DNA of 64,000 nucleotides from Candidatus Harrisonbacteria bacterium (GTDB taxonomy: Bacteria; Patescibacteriota; Minisyncoccia; UBA6257; 02-FULL-45-10c). Location: the NCBI GenBank assembly GCA_016192685.1, contig JACPTS010000001.1:97710-161709 (forward strand), read 5' to 3'. This document shows positions 26,054 to 35,626 of this stretch, one piece after another. The first letter of the stretch is position 1. Every line of letters begins with the position of its first letter. The notes beneath the pieces are model-generated. The model did not search any database, was not told the DNA's origin, and saw nothing but the letters and a program-made list of their open reading frames with translations. A program made the translations under genes and the position numbers.

Positions 26054-28240
26054 CTACTTTTGCTTTTTAATTTCCTTAATAAGATTTTCTCCTTCGGTTT
26101 TAAATTCCGGGAAATCTTTTATGGCTTGTTCTAAAGCTTGGGTGGCGGAAGCTTTTTGATTAGCCAAAAGATGAGCGCCGCTTAAGCTTTTCCGGTATTC
26201 AAGATTTTTCGGTTCTAATTTAACAAAAGCCCCCCAGATGCCGGCTAAACGTTTATAATTTTGAACCCGCGAATAAACTTGCACTAAAATCTGATCGGCA
26301 ACATCCGCCGTACCAAATCCTTCCTGTAATAATTTTTCCGCTTCCCTTTGTTGATTATTTAATATGTAGGCGGCGGCTAAATTAATTCGTCCGTTATTAA
26401 ATTCTGAATCAAGTTTAAAAGATTTTTCCAAGACCGCGACGGCATTTTTATAATCCCCTTTTTGAATATAAACATCAGCAATTTCAAAATAAATCTGCTG
26501 TTTTTGAGGAGATAAATCCGAAGCTTTTTTAAAAACTTCTAAAGCTAAGTCTAAAAGGCCCACCTTATTGTAAATAGTTCCTAGAAAAAGATAAGGGCGG
26601 GGATCTAATGCATTTTCAACAACGCTTTTATCGGCTTCTTCAATCGCCTTACGGAGCATTCTGTCCCGAAAATCCGGGACGAGTTCCGGAAGGCCGCCGG
26701 CGCTAATGGCAAATCTTATCAATTGTTCCCCGATTTCTTGATTGCCCAAAGTATTATAAGACAAAGCTTTATTGAATTTTTCAAAAGCCAGCGGAATATT
26801 CTGACCCTGAATTGCTAAAGCATCCAAAAGATTCAAATTGGCCTGAAGAGGCTTAATATTAATAAAATAGATTGCTAAAACCAGCGGCGCGGCCAAAAGG
26901 CCGGCCGCTACCGGCCAATCGCCCCCCCTGCCTCCGCCAGCCGGCGGACTGACGCCGGGAACCGCGGTAGCGGCAGAGATACTATTAATATACGCGAGCA
27001 CGGCAAAAAAACCGATATAAGTGGCAATCTGGTCAAACACAAAAAAGTTTTCCGCTAAATAAACCGCTAAAAATGTGGTGAATAAAAGCGTATTTTCCAA
27101 AGTAAAATTGCCCTTGCGGTAATGGCTCCAAAGCAAATAAATCGCGACCGCAAAAATACTGAAATAAGATAAAGCGCCCAAAATTCCGGCATTAATCAGC
27201 CAATCAAAAACAATGTTATGAGATCGGTCAAACCACGGCTCCTGACGCCAAAGCTCCGATTTAAAATACTTGGAAAAAACCACGCCGTAATTATCCGGCC
27301 CCCAGCCTAAAATAGGCCGCTCCTTAAACCCTTCCCAGCCCATTCCCCAAATCGTGAAACGAGACCTGATAGTTCGTTCACTAAAAGAAAGAGAAGTCAG
27401 TCTAGCGAGAGTGGGGTTATTTTTTACAAACGGCTGATCTTTGGTTAAAAAAATTCCAAGGGGAATTATCAAAGCAATCAGCAGCCAAGCAAGAATAATT
27501 TCTTTTTTCACCAACTCCGCGTGATTTTCGGTCTTTTTAAAAATTAAATATAAAATGCCGAAAACAAAAATACCGATGATCAGGCCCAAAATCGCGCCGC
27601 GGGTGCCGGTAAAATAAATAGTTGCCAACGCCCAAACCGCCATCAAACCGTAAAAATACTTCTGCCATTTTTCCTTCGCCTCCAGCCAAAGAAACAGACA
27701 AAACCATAAAATAAATGTCAAATAAGCGGCTAAATAAGTCGGATTGCCGATGGTGCCGTCCACCCGATAAGAGCCGCCTTGAATAGCGGGCAGAAATTCC
27801 ATCCTTTGAAGAAAGGCGTAGGTATTTTCATAAATACTGGAAACGATAAAAAGGGTGAAAAAAATTTTCCAGTCGGATTTCCGGAAAACATGGGTCAAAA
27901 CCAAAAAATAAGCAAAAAGGTGCAAATAAGCCACCAATCCCTCCATCCGCTCATAATTAGACCAAAAACTTTTTGCCGGATTAACTCCGAAAATCGTCGC
28001 CAAGGCCACCACGGCAATAAAAATCGCCAGAGCGATTAAAAGCGGAGATTTCTTTGGCCGATACTCTTTATAGTAAATCGCTAAAAATACCCAGGCCGCA
28101 AAAACAACTTCTACGATTATCCGAAAAATAAAAGCTTTCCCGGTAATATAAGGAAAAAATAAAACTCGGGAAACATAAAGCGGAATAAACGGAACAATAA
28201 AAAGCCCCCCCTTAATAATCCATAAAATCGCTGATGGCAT
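26054..28240 (-). CDS. O-antigen ligase (Wzy_C)-like membrane protein with C-terminal TPR repeats
   Basis: 728 aa. About 12 TM helices with FTGTRGAILG (Wzy_C-type motif), then a soluble C-terminal region with TPR-like repeats (YNKVGLLDLALEVFKKASDL..., IQKGDYKNAVAVLEKSFKLD...). Confidence 0.8.
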   Translation of the reverse strand: MPSAILWIIKGGLFIVPFIPLYVSRVLFFPYITGKAFIFRIIVEVVFAAWVFLAIYYKEYRPKKSPLLIALAIFIAVVALATIFGVNPAKSFWSNYERMEGLVAYLHLFAYFLVLTHVFRKSDWKIFFTLFIVSSIYENTYAFLQRMEFLPAIQGGSYRVDGTIGNPTYLAAYLTFILWFCLFLWLEAKEKWQKYFYGLMAVWALATIYFTGTRGAILGLIIGIFVFGILYLIFKKTENHAELVKKEIILAWLLIALIIPLGIFLTKDQPFVKNNPTLARLTSLSFSERTIRSRFTIWGMGWEGFKERPILGWGPDNYGVVFSKYFKSELWRQEPWFDRSHNIVFDWLINAGILGALSYFSIFAVAIYLLWSHYRKGNFTLENTLLFTTFLAVYLAENFFVFDQIATYIGFFAVLAYINSISAATAVPGVSPPAGGGRGGDWPVAAGLLAAPLVLAIYFINIKPLQANLNLLDALAIQGQNIPLAFEKFNKALSYNTLGNQEIGEQLIRFAISAGGLPELVPDFRDRMLRKAIEEADKSVVENALDPRPYLFLGTIYNKVGLLDLALEVFKKASDLSPQKQQIYFEIADVYIQKGDYKNAVAVLEKSFKLDSEFNNGRINLAAAYILNNQQREAEKLLQEGFGTADVADQILVQVYSRVQNYKRLAGIWGAFVKLEPKNLEYRKSLSGAHLLANQKASATQALEQAIKDFPEFKTEGENLIKEIKKQK

Positions 28241-28281
28241 TATTCAATAATAGCTCTCATAAATTACTTGTCAAATAAAAC

Positions 28282-28968
28282 CTATCGTTTAATAGCGCGA
28301 AAAACTATTTTTTTCATTCTTTTATGCAAAAACGACAGGAAAAATGCCGCCAGCCGGTCCAACTTATGCTTCCATCCGTAAAAACGCAAAGCATCAGCTC
28401 CTTTGTAATCTGCCACCGCAAATCCGTTTCTTTCCAATAGCTCCTTCATTTCCTCAAAATCAAAAAAGCGGTCGTCTACCGGCTGAATATTTTTCCGCGC
28501 TTTGATATACCGATCAAATAAAATCCAATTTTTATTCGGGACGGTGACAATAAATATTCCGCTGGGACGCAACACACGCCTTACTTCTTCCAAAGCTTTA
28601 TCAAAATCTAAAAGATACGGGAAGACATCCACCATTACCACAAAATCAAACGAGTTATCGGGAAAAGGCATCTGTTCAATATCCGCTTTTAAAATCTTGG
28701 CTTCGGGCACTAAGCTTTTTGCCATAGCAATCAGCCGCTCGGATAAATCAATGCCGGTTAAACTTCTGATATTTCTGCCGCCTCGTTTTTGAATATTTTT
28801 TAACACCACTCCCTGCCCCACTCCGGCTTCTAAAATATCGCCGTGCCAATCCGGCTCAATATCCAAAACTTCATTATAAAATTCCTCCGGCAAACGCATT
28901 TTCTCGGCAATCGCATCATAACCTTCTCCGATATCTTTTTTAGTGACAATAGAACGGTCAATTGGCAT
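28282..28968 (-). CDS. class I SAM-dependent methyltransferase
   Basis: 228 aa. Motif I ILEAGVGQG, then an acidic beta-2 end and the typical post-I/II spacing. Confidence 0.75.
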   Translation of the reverse strand: MPIDRSIVTKKDIGEGYDAIAEKMRLPEEFYNEVLDIEPDWHGDILEAGVGQGVVLKNIQKRGGRNIRSLTGIDLSERLIAMAKSLVPEAKILKADIEQMPFPDNSFDFVVMVDVFPYLLDFDKALEEVRRVLRPSGIFIVTVPNKNWILFDRYIKARKNIQPVDDRFFDFEEMKELLERNGFAVADYKGADALRFYGWKHKLDRLAAFFLSFLHKRMKKIVFRAIKR

Positions 28969-30091
28969 GCTTTTTATTATAGAAATCCAAAATTAATTTT
29001 TCAAAAGTTCTCTCGTAATTTTCCATGGTGTATGATTTAACCATTTCCACGCCGGCTTTTCCCATTCTCTCTCTCGCCGCGCCATCGCGAAGCAAAATTA
29101 AAATTTTATCCGCCAGTTCCGCGGAATTTGCCGGCGGCACCGCAAAACCGGTTTCCCCATTCTTCACAAAAATCGGAATGTCCCCGATCGTAGTGGACAC
29201 TACCGGCTTTCCAAAACTCAATGCTTCCATAATCACAAAAGGCATATCGGTCCTAGTAGACGGATCAACGAAAATATCCGCAATCGGCAAAATATTTTCA
29301 ATGTCCGATTTGCCAAGAAATAATCCGGGAAATAAAACTCTATCTTCCAACTTGAGACTTGAGACTTGAGACTTGAGACTTTCTTCCAGCGGCCCCCAAC
29401 CGACTATTAAAAAATAAGCATTTGGAAATTTTTCCAAAACCAGCTTAGCGGCATCAATCAGATATTTATGCCCCTTTTCCGGAACCAATCGGCTGATCGT
29501 CAAAACAACCATAGCATCCTTTGGCAATTCTAAATCCTTGCGGATTAAATCCGGATTTCTCCCCTTAGATTTATCCACAAAAGACGGCGCGTACATGGTT
29601 ATAAATTTTTCCAAAGGAATTTTTTCCTGCTTAACGGTAAAAAATTTAGCCGCGTCCGAATCCGTGATTATTTTGTCAGTCCATTTGGACAAAATCCAAT
29701 CCATCCAAATCTGCCAGCGATGCTTATCTTCATATATATTATGCTCGTGAATGATAATCACCGGAACTCTCATGATTATCGCGGCCAGACGAACAATCAA
29801 ATTAGCGGAAAAAAGCGCGGTAACTGCCACGTCAAATTTCTCTTTCCGCAAAAAAATGAATAATTTTGTCCAGGCGGCTAAATCAAACAAGGATCGAAAA
29901 TTCAGCCGCTTCCAATAATCATCCGGCAAAACAATTTTTTCCTCAAAAGTGGCGCTTGGTTTCTCAGGAAACAAAGTTAAAAGATACGGCTCAAATTTTC
30001 CCCTATCCACAACGGGCAATTGATTTACCAATAATTTTTCCGCCCCGCCAACCGATAGACGGCCAATGGCAAAAAGTATTTTCTTACGCAT
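28958..30091 (-). CDS. glycosyltransferase family 4 (GT-B)
   Basis: GT4 architecture with a C-terminal EALSFGKPVV...E-x7-E-like region. The start is assigned to the internal Met (MRKKILFAIGRL), which removes the overlap with the downstream gene; the ORF track extends to 30130. Contains the 7-bp repeat tract at 29350-29381. Confidence 0.78.
   Translation of the reverse strand: MRKKILFAIGRLSVGGAEKLLVNQLPVVDRGKFEPYLLTLFPEKPSATFEEKIVLPDDYWKRLNFRSLFDLAAWTKLFIFLRKEKFDVAVTALFSANLIVRLAAIIMRVPVIIIHEHNIYEDKHRWQIWMDWILSKWTDKIITDSDAAKFFTVKQEKIPLEKFITMYAPSFVDKSKGRNPDLIRKDLELPKDAMVVLTISRLVPEKGHKYLIDAAKLVLEKFPNAYFLIVGWGPLEESLKSQVSSLKLEDRVLFPGLFLGKSDIENILPIADIFVDPSTRTDMPFVIMEALSFGKPVVSTTIGDIPIFVKNGETGFAVPPANSAELADKILILLRDGAARERMGKAGVEMVKSYTMENYERTFEKLILDFYNKKHAN
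29350..29381. repeat. heptanucleotide tandem repeat (acttgag, about 4.5 copies) inside the GT4 coding sequence
   Basis: Read directly: aacttgagacttgagacttgagacttgagactt. The 7-nt unit is not a multiple of 3, so copy-number change would frameshift. Confidence 0.9.
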
Positions 30092-31139
30092 AAAGATTTC
30101 CGGTTCTACCGGTAATAGTAAAGTTATCATCTATGTCTTGGAGAGCGGTTTTCCTACTATTATATATGCCGGAATAACCGAGCGCCATTAAAATCCGCTG
30201 TTCTTTAAGTATTTCTTCGGCTGTTATGGAAGTCGGTTTTTTGCGGGCAAGAGACTCCCGCAATTCCGATATCGCCGTAATTGTTCCGCTTAATCCCTTT
30301 TTGATTTTAATATTTCTGATTTTTCCGTTATTATCTTTAAGGCGCAAACTTCTGCCGTCAGACATTATCCAGATCTCTCCTCTTTCGCAAATAAGCCCGG
30401 TGTTTCTGCCGTCCCTGTCGGTTATTAATCCGGAAACTCCGTTTTTAAATTTTACCAATCCAAAATCCAAAACCGGGTCCAAATCAATTTTTTTATTATT
30501 AACATCCTTTTTATTAAATTTAAAAGAAGATTGCGCGTAAGCAACTTCCGAATTATCAGCAAAGTAATTTACTAAATCTACCGAGTGGGGATGAGTCCAC
30601 ATTAACGATGACTTCCCGAATTCAATAATTATCCTATTTAATTTTCCCAAGCGCCCGGATTGGATTATTTTTTTTGTTTGTTGGTAAACCGACGAATAAC
30701 GCCGAACAGCCCCGTAAGAAATTGCTACCCGATTTTTCTGAAGTGCCCTTACCGCTTTTTTGGCATCAGCCAAATTAATGGCTAATGGCTTTTCAATATG
30801 CATTCCTTTAATCCCATGATTGGCCGCGTAGATAATTATATCCGGCCGTTCGGCGGTTCTGGTGGCAATCGTAATAATATCCGGCGATTGCTCGGCAATC
30901 ATCTTTTTAAAATCAGTATAGATATTTTTAACTTTATGCGATTGGCCCGCTTTTTGGGCCAATTCCAAATTAAGATCGCAAACCGCGATTAATTCCACTC
31001 CGGGAGCCGCGCGAATCGCCGCGCAGTGATTTACCGGAAATTCACTGGCCGGTGAAATTTCTCCCGCAACTCTTTTAGTGAAAGCCCCGATGCGGCCGCA
31101 GCCGATAACCGCGGCTTTAATGCTTTTTTGTTTTCCCAT
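30084..31139 (-). CDS. Gfo/Idh/MocA-family NAD(P)-dependent oxidoreductase
   Basis: 351 aa. N-terminal AAVIGCGRIG Rossmann motif and EKPLA consensus. Confidence 0.85.
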   Translation of the reverse strand: MGKQKSIKAAVIGCGRIGAFTKRVAGEISPASEFPVNHCAAIRAAPGVELIAVCDLNLELAQKAGQSHKVKNIYTDFKKMIAEQSPDIITIATRTAERPDIIIYAANHGIKGMHIEKPLAINLADAKKAVRALQKNRVAISYGAVRRYSSVYQQTKKIIQSGRLGKLNRIIIEFGKSSLMWTHPHSVDLVNYFADNSEVAYAQSSFKFNKKDVNNKKIDLDPVLDFGLVKFKNGVSGLITDRDGRNTGLICERGEIWIMSDGRSLRLKDNNGKIRNIKIKKGLSGTITAISELRESLARKKPTSITAEEILKEQRILMALGYSGIYNSRKTALQDIDDNFTITGRTGNLYA

Positions 31140-32205
31140 ACGATAATTTCCGCCAATCTAATAAATAAGTGACTGCCTTCCCATTTCTGGATAATAGTTT
31201 CTGATAAGCGCGCGTTATTTGATCAGCCGGATAGATTCCTGATATTAAATAGTTAGGATTTAATTTCTTTTTGGAAATATCGTTGAGGATTTTTCGGCAA
31301 TTTTTTTGCAAAGTCTTAAACTCCGGTTCGCGTTGACCGGGATTATTTCCCAAGTCCGCGGAAATAATATTGATTTTCCTCGCATAAAAATATCGCGGGT
31401 CTAAAGGATTAAATTTAGGAGCCCCCTCGGTCCTCCCGGGAAAACCAAGAACCGAAATAATACCGTTTTTCCGCGGGAGCCGCAAAGCGATTTTCCAATC
31501 CGACCAGGTATTGGATGTGGTTACGACAATATCAGCTCCTTTCCCGTTAAAATATTTTTTGACCTTTTGCTCAATATCTTTATCGGTTTTCAACAAGGCG
31601 CTGTGAGCGCCTAATTTTTTTGCCAAACGCAATTTTGATTTGCTCGCCGATAATGCCGCGATACGGGCATTAAATAATTTAGCCTGCGCTACGGCGGTTA
31701 GTCCAAGCGTTCCAAGCCCGATAACCGCCACTTTGAAATCTTTTTTAATTTTCCCATTAGTAAGCGCAACGCGGCCAAGATTATAAAGATAAGCAAGCGC
31801 CGCCTGTTCCGGAGCAACCGAATTTGGAACGCGCGCTAAAATTTCAGAAGCTGGCATTTTAAAGACACTGCGATGCGACTGATCCGTAAGTATCAAATCT
31901 CCAGGTTTAAAATCCGCAACTTTTTTTCCAACATATAAAATTTTAGCCGCATTGCAATAGCCGAGCAAGCGCGGATATATTTTACCCGGACGAAGCGGTG
32001 AATCGCCCTTATACGCGGCCACTTCCGTTCCCGGAGAAATAGCGGTTATTACGGTTTGGGCAATAATTTCCGAAGGTTTTAATTTATCGCTATCTATAAC
32101 AACGGGATGGAAAAATATTTTTTTTGGCTTTTTAAGTTCTACAAATGAACCGAAAAATTTCATACCCATATCATTGAAGTTTTGGCCATTTTTCAAATCT
32201 TTCAA
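31117..32205 (-). CDS. MDR-family (alcohol/sorbitol-dehydrogenase-like) oxidoreductase
   Basis: GroES-like N-terminal domain plus Rossmann VAVIGLGTLGLTAV. The start may be the internal Met (MGMKFFG, about 32169), which would remove the 35-nt overlap. Confidence 0.7.
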   Translation of the reverse strand: MKDLKNGQNFNDMGMKFFGSFVELKKPKKIFFHPVVIDSDKLKPSEIIAQTVITAISPGTEVAAYKGDSPLRPGKIYPRLLGYCNAAKILYVGKKVADFKPGDLILTDQSHRSVFKMPASEILARVPNSVAPEQAALAYLYNLGRVALTNGKIKKDFKVAVIGLGTLGLTAVAQAKLFNARIAALSASKSKLRLAKKLGAHSALLKTDKDIEQKVKKYFNGKGADIVVTTSNTWSDWKIALRLPRKNGIISVLGFPGRTEGAPKFNPLDPRYFYARKINIISADLGNNPGQREPEFKTLQKNCRKILNDISKKKLNPNYLISGIYPADQITRAYQKLLSRNGKAVTYLLDWRKLSYGKTKKH

Positions 32206-32752
32206 AAGATTGGACAGATTCCCTGCCGTTTATCATTTCTTGCTCATAGCATAAGCGCATTTTATTTTCCTTATCAGCTTTATTTATTTCAACTGATTTA
32301 TCAGCTACGAAAGGACGGATACCTAATTCAGTCGTTCCTGGCACTTCAAACATCCATACTTCCTTGGGAGTGATAGTTCTGTATGGCCGGCAAGCCACCA
32401 TGACCGCCTCGGAAACCAACCTATGATCTTTGTTCAAATCCCCGATAAAATTCGTATAAACAATATCGGGTTTATGCTTTTGCACCGCGGCTTCAGCGAT
32501 GCTTATAAGTTTTTTTATCGGAAGAGCATCTAACTCTTGATCGGCCAGATTTTCATTGGCATATTCAGCATTTAATAAATTAGCCAGCTTTTTCATCCCC
32601 TCAAACTGTTTTTCGTCCCGGCCTCCGGTGAACCACTGAAAATTGATTTTATCTCCAGCCTCTGAGTGTTTAAGCAGAACTCCTAAACATCCAAACGCCT
32701 CATCGTCAGGATGAGCGGAAATAACCAAAACACTTTTCTTATTTTCTTTCAT
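32171..32752 (-). CDS. PIG-L/LmbE-family N-acetylglucosaminyl deacetylase
   Basis: 193 aa. N-terminal VLVISAHPDDEAFG signature. Confidence 0.8.
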   Translation of the reverse strand: MKENKKSVLVISAHPDDEAFGCLGVLLKHSEAGDKINFQWFTGGRDEKQFEGMKKLANLLNAEYANENLADQELDALPIKKLISIAEAAVQKHKPDIVYTNFIGDLNKDHRLVSEAVMVACRPYRTITPKEVWMFEVPGTTELGIRPFVADKSVEINKADKENKMRLCYEQEMINGRESVQSFERFEKWPKLQ

Positions 32753-33462
32753 TATTTTTTTAAATCTTTTTTTGTAATATTGCCTTCAAAAATTATCTTC
32801 GGACTATTCGGACCCTCATTCAACAGCAAATCCCAAAGACTCATATATGGAACAAAATCCCCCCAAAGTTGGTTATAAGCCGGGTGCTTATAATCTTGAA
32901 AATATAATCCTATGTTGTCCCGCTTAAATGCCTCAGCATCAATATAATCCCGGCCCAATCCGCCGGAAACATAAAGATTGCTTTTCAATCCCTTGCAAAT
33001 ATCCAATACCAGCTCATTTTTTTTGCTTTCATATTTTGGCAAATCCGAAGCTTTGATTATTTTTGTATCTATCCCCAGCGCCGAGTTAAACATCAAAAGC
33101 TGTTCATAGCATAAATCAGAAATATATTTAAAATCTTTTTTATAAAAATCATCAATAATCGGGGAAAATTCATTCCAATATTTCGCTTTTTTATAATTCA
33201 GTTCCAGGGCCTTTTGGTGTTTTTTTTTCCAGGATTGGTCCGCGATTTCTATATCTTTAATCGGCTTGTCAAAATGGCCTTTTAATTTTACCGGCACCGT
33301 AAGCCAAACCGGGCCATTGGCGGTTTTAATTTTATTCCTATTTATAAAACTATTTTTCTCAAACTGCGTGGTGTCAAAAAATACGAAAGTATCCGACAGC
33401 CCGATTTTATGGAAATAACCAAGCCAAGGCGAATAAGCCGGCTGATGAATTGATAAAATCAT
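32752..33462 (-). CDS. WbqC-family protein
   Basis: 236 aa. N-terminal ILSIHQPAYSPWLGYFHKI is characteristic of WbqC-like proteins in O-antigen clusters. Contains an A10 tract. Confidence 0.65.
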   Translation of the reverse strand: MILSIHQPAYSPWLGYFHKIGLSDTFVFFDTTQFEKNSFINRNKIKTANGPVWLTVPVKLKGHFDKPIKDIEIADQSWKKKHQKALELNYKKAKYWNEFSPIIDDFYKKDFKYISDLCYEQLLMFNSALGIDTKIIKASDLPKYESKKNELVLDICKGLKSNLYVSGGLGRDYIDAEAFKRDNIGLYFQDYKHPAYNQLWGDFVPYMSLWDLLLNEGPNSPKIIFEGNITKKDLKK

Positions 33463-34148
33463 AAGGATTTCCTGGCCAAAATTATAAATTCATCATATTC
33501 CATAAATTTACCTTTTATATTCTTTAAAGAATGGCGCATTATATTTTCTAATCTGAATTTTTTAAATAATTCATTAATTTCACCAAGGTTAAAAAAATGC
33601 GCTAAGCCGGCGCGATAAAAGCTGCCTTCTTTAAAATTATTATAAGTATTTTTTCCTATTTTTTTACCGTATTTCTTATCCGGGTGATATTGGCTATAGG
33701 CAAAACTTATGAACAATCCGCCGGGCTTAAGCGATCTAAACACCTCATTCAATGCAACTACAATATCTGGTAAACAATTGGCGTAAATGCTTTCCCGGTC
33801 AATAATAATGTCAAAAAAATTATCAGGATAAGGCAAATTAAGAAAATCTCCTTGCAAAAAATCACCTTTTAAATGCCATTTTGAAAATCTTTCCTTACAA
33901 GCTCTGACAGCGGAATCTGACCCGTCCAGGCCAAAAACTTTAAAGCCGCTCTCGGCTAAAAATTTGGAGTTGTTGCCGGCCCCGCAGCCCAGATCTAAAA
34001 CTTTTATTTTGGATCTTTTTTCTCGCGGGATGGAAAAAAAATTCCTTGCTACGATACTTACCAAAATGTCATAAGGATAAAAATTAAGCTGGCGGCCCTT
34101 TGAATACACTTTCTTTTCCCAAACCTGTTGGTTAGATTTTTTTATCAT
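33459..34148 (-). CDS. class I SAM-dependent methyltransferase
   Basis: 229 aa. Motif I VLDLGCGAGNN. Confidence 0.8.
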   Translation of the reverse strand: MIKKSNQQVWEKKVYSKGRQLNFYPYDILVSIVARNFFSIPREKRSKIKVLDLGCGAGNNSKFLAESGFKVFGLDGSDSAVRACKERFSKWHLKGDFLQGDFLNLPYPDNFFDIIIDRESIYANCLPDIVVALNEVFRSLKPGGLFISFAYSQYHPDKKYGKKIGKNTYNNFKEGSFYRAGLAHFFNLGEINELFKKFRLENIMRHSLKNIKGKFMEYDEFIILARKSL

Positions 34149-35190
34149 GTTTAAAATATTTATATAAGACAGCTCTAATATATTTAATCTGCTTCCCTGA
34201 TAAGCTTGGGTAAATTGGCAAAGACAGGGTTGTTTTGGCCATTTCTTCGCTTACCGGATAATTTTTAGAAGGTAATCCTAAATAATTATGCAGTAATTCA
34301 TATCTTTCTATGGGGACAATTGTTTTAATTTTATTTTTTAAAAAATAATTTTGCAGCCGGCGGGGATTGCTTATTTTTAATATAAAACGGAAAAAATTGG
34401 GTTTAGTTAAACTATTTTTCTTAGGAAATATAATTTCGGGCGTATTCTTTGAATATGCATAGGCAATTTTCTGTCTTTTTTTTAAAAAAAATGGAAGTTT
34501 TTTAAGCTGAGCCCTGCCTATAGCGGCCTGCAGATCGGACATCTGGAAATTAAATCTCGGTTTATAATTCCTGCGGCAATCAAACTCCCGATAATCTTTA
34601 ATTTTCGCTATTAAATTTTTATTTTGGGAAAACACCATTCCCCCATAGCCGGTAGTCATCATCTTGGACGCGTAAAAAGAAAAAATCGCGATATCGCCGA
34701 ATGTACCGACATATTTATTATTAAATTTAGAACCCAGCGCTTGAGCGCAATCTTCAATTATCGGTATTCCCAAATTTAGAAACTTGCGCGTATCAGCCGG
34801 ATAACCGAAAGTATGGGTAATTATTATCGCTTTAGTTCTTCTGTTAACTTTTTTTACCGTCTCAAAATAAGAAAGATTTAAATTTTCAATATCAACTAAA
34901 ACCGGTCTGGCTCCAGCCATAAAAATCGCGTTAAGAACCGCCGAGCAAACATAAGTCGGTAAAATGACTTCGTCTCCCTTGCCGATACCCAAAGAAATCA
35001 GTGCCAGATAAAGAGCCGCTGTCCCGCTGGAAACCGCTGCCGCCTGCCCGGGCTTTTTAAATAAAAATCCGCTGAACTCATCTTCAAACTTTTTTACTTC
35101 GCTTCCCTGCGCTACCCAGCCGGATTTTATAACTCTAGCCGCAGCATCTATTTCTTCTTTGCCTAAAGTCGGTTTATTGTGAGGAATCAT
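34132..35190 (-). CDS. DegT/DnrJ/EryC1/StrS-family PLP-dependent sugar aminotransferase
   Basis: 352 aa. N-terminal SGWVAQGSEVKKFEDEF and a PLP-lysine region (FSFYASKMMTTG). Confidence 0.85.
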   Translation of the reverse strand: MIPHNKPTLGKEEIDAAARVIKSGWVAQGSEVKKFEDEFSGFLFKKPGQAAAVSSGTAALYLALISLGIGKGDEVILPTYVCSAVLNAIFMAGARPVLVDIENLNLSYFETVKKVNRRTKAIIITHTFGYPADTRKFLNLGIPIIEDCAQALGSKFNNKYVGTFGDIAIFSFYASKMMTTGYGGMVFSQNKNLIAKIKDYREFDCRRNYKPRFNFQMSDLQAAIGRAQLKKLPFFLKKRQKIAYAYSKNTPEIIFPKKNSLTKPNFFRFILKISNPRRLQNYFLKNKIKTIVPIERYELLHNYLGLPSKNYPVSEEMAKTTLSLPIYPSLSGKQIKYIRAVLYKYFKHDKKI

Positions 35191-35626
35191 TTTTATAGTA
35201 ACCCTCTTTTATAACAGGCGGATTTCCTATCACCAATGAATAAGGAGGGATTTCGCACGGCTTGGTGATAATTGTTCCGGCCGCCACAACGGTATGATGA
35301 CCGATATGGACGCCGCCGCCGATAAAACAATGGGAACCGATAAAAACATCATTATCAATGGCAATCTTTCTCCTTTCAATTTCTTTTGCTAAGCCGACAG
35401 CCTTTTTATGCGAATCAGCTACATTAATACTGACAAACGAAGCAATGTCGCAATTATCCCCTATTTTTACCAAGGATTCTTGGGCATTAACTTCGGAAAA
35501 AAGCCCGATATAAACATTTTTCCCGAATTCCGGCTGGCCGCCAATATAAACCAAGGGATGAAATTGATTAGCGGGCATCTTAATTAATTTAGCGATAATT
35601 TTATAAAATACGTTCATAATGTTCAT
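35174..35626 (-). CDS. hexapeptide-repeat (LbH) acetyltransferase
   Basis: 150 aa. Repeated [LIV]GxxxxI hexapeptides (IGDNCDI, IGSHCFIGGGVHIGHHTVV). Confidence 0.8.
   Translation of the reverse strand: MNIMNVFYKIIAKLIKMPANQFHPLVYIGGQPEFGKNVYIGLFSEVNAQESLVKIGDNCDIASFVSINVADSHKKAVGLAKEIERRKIAIDNDVFIGSHCFIGGGVHIGHHTVVAAGTIITKPCEIPPYSLVIGNPPVIKEGYYKNDSSQ

Noticed and set aside
29570-29578. Third perfect TTATCCACA (DnaA-box) 9-mer
   Set aside because: It lies inside the GT4 coding sequence, in the opposite orientation to the two upstream-motif copies, and lacks the extended 30-bp conservation. It is probably a chance occurrence.
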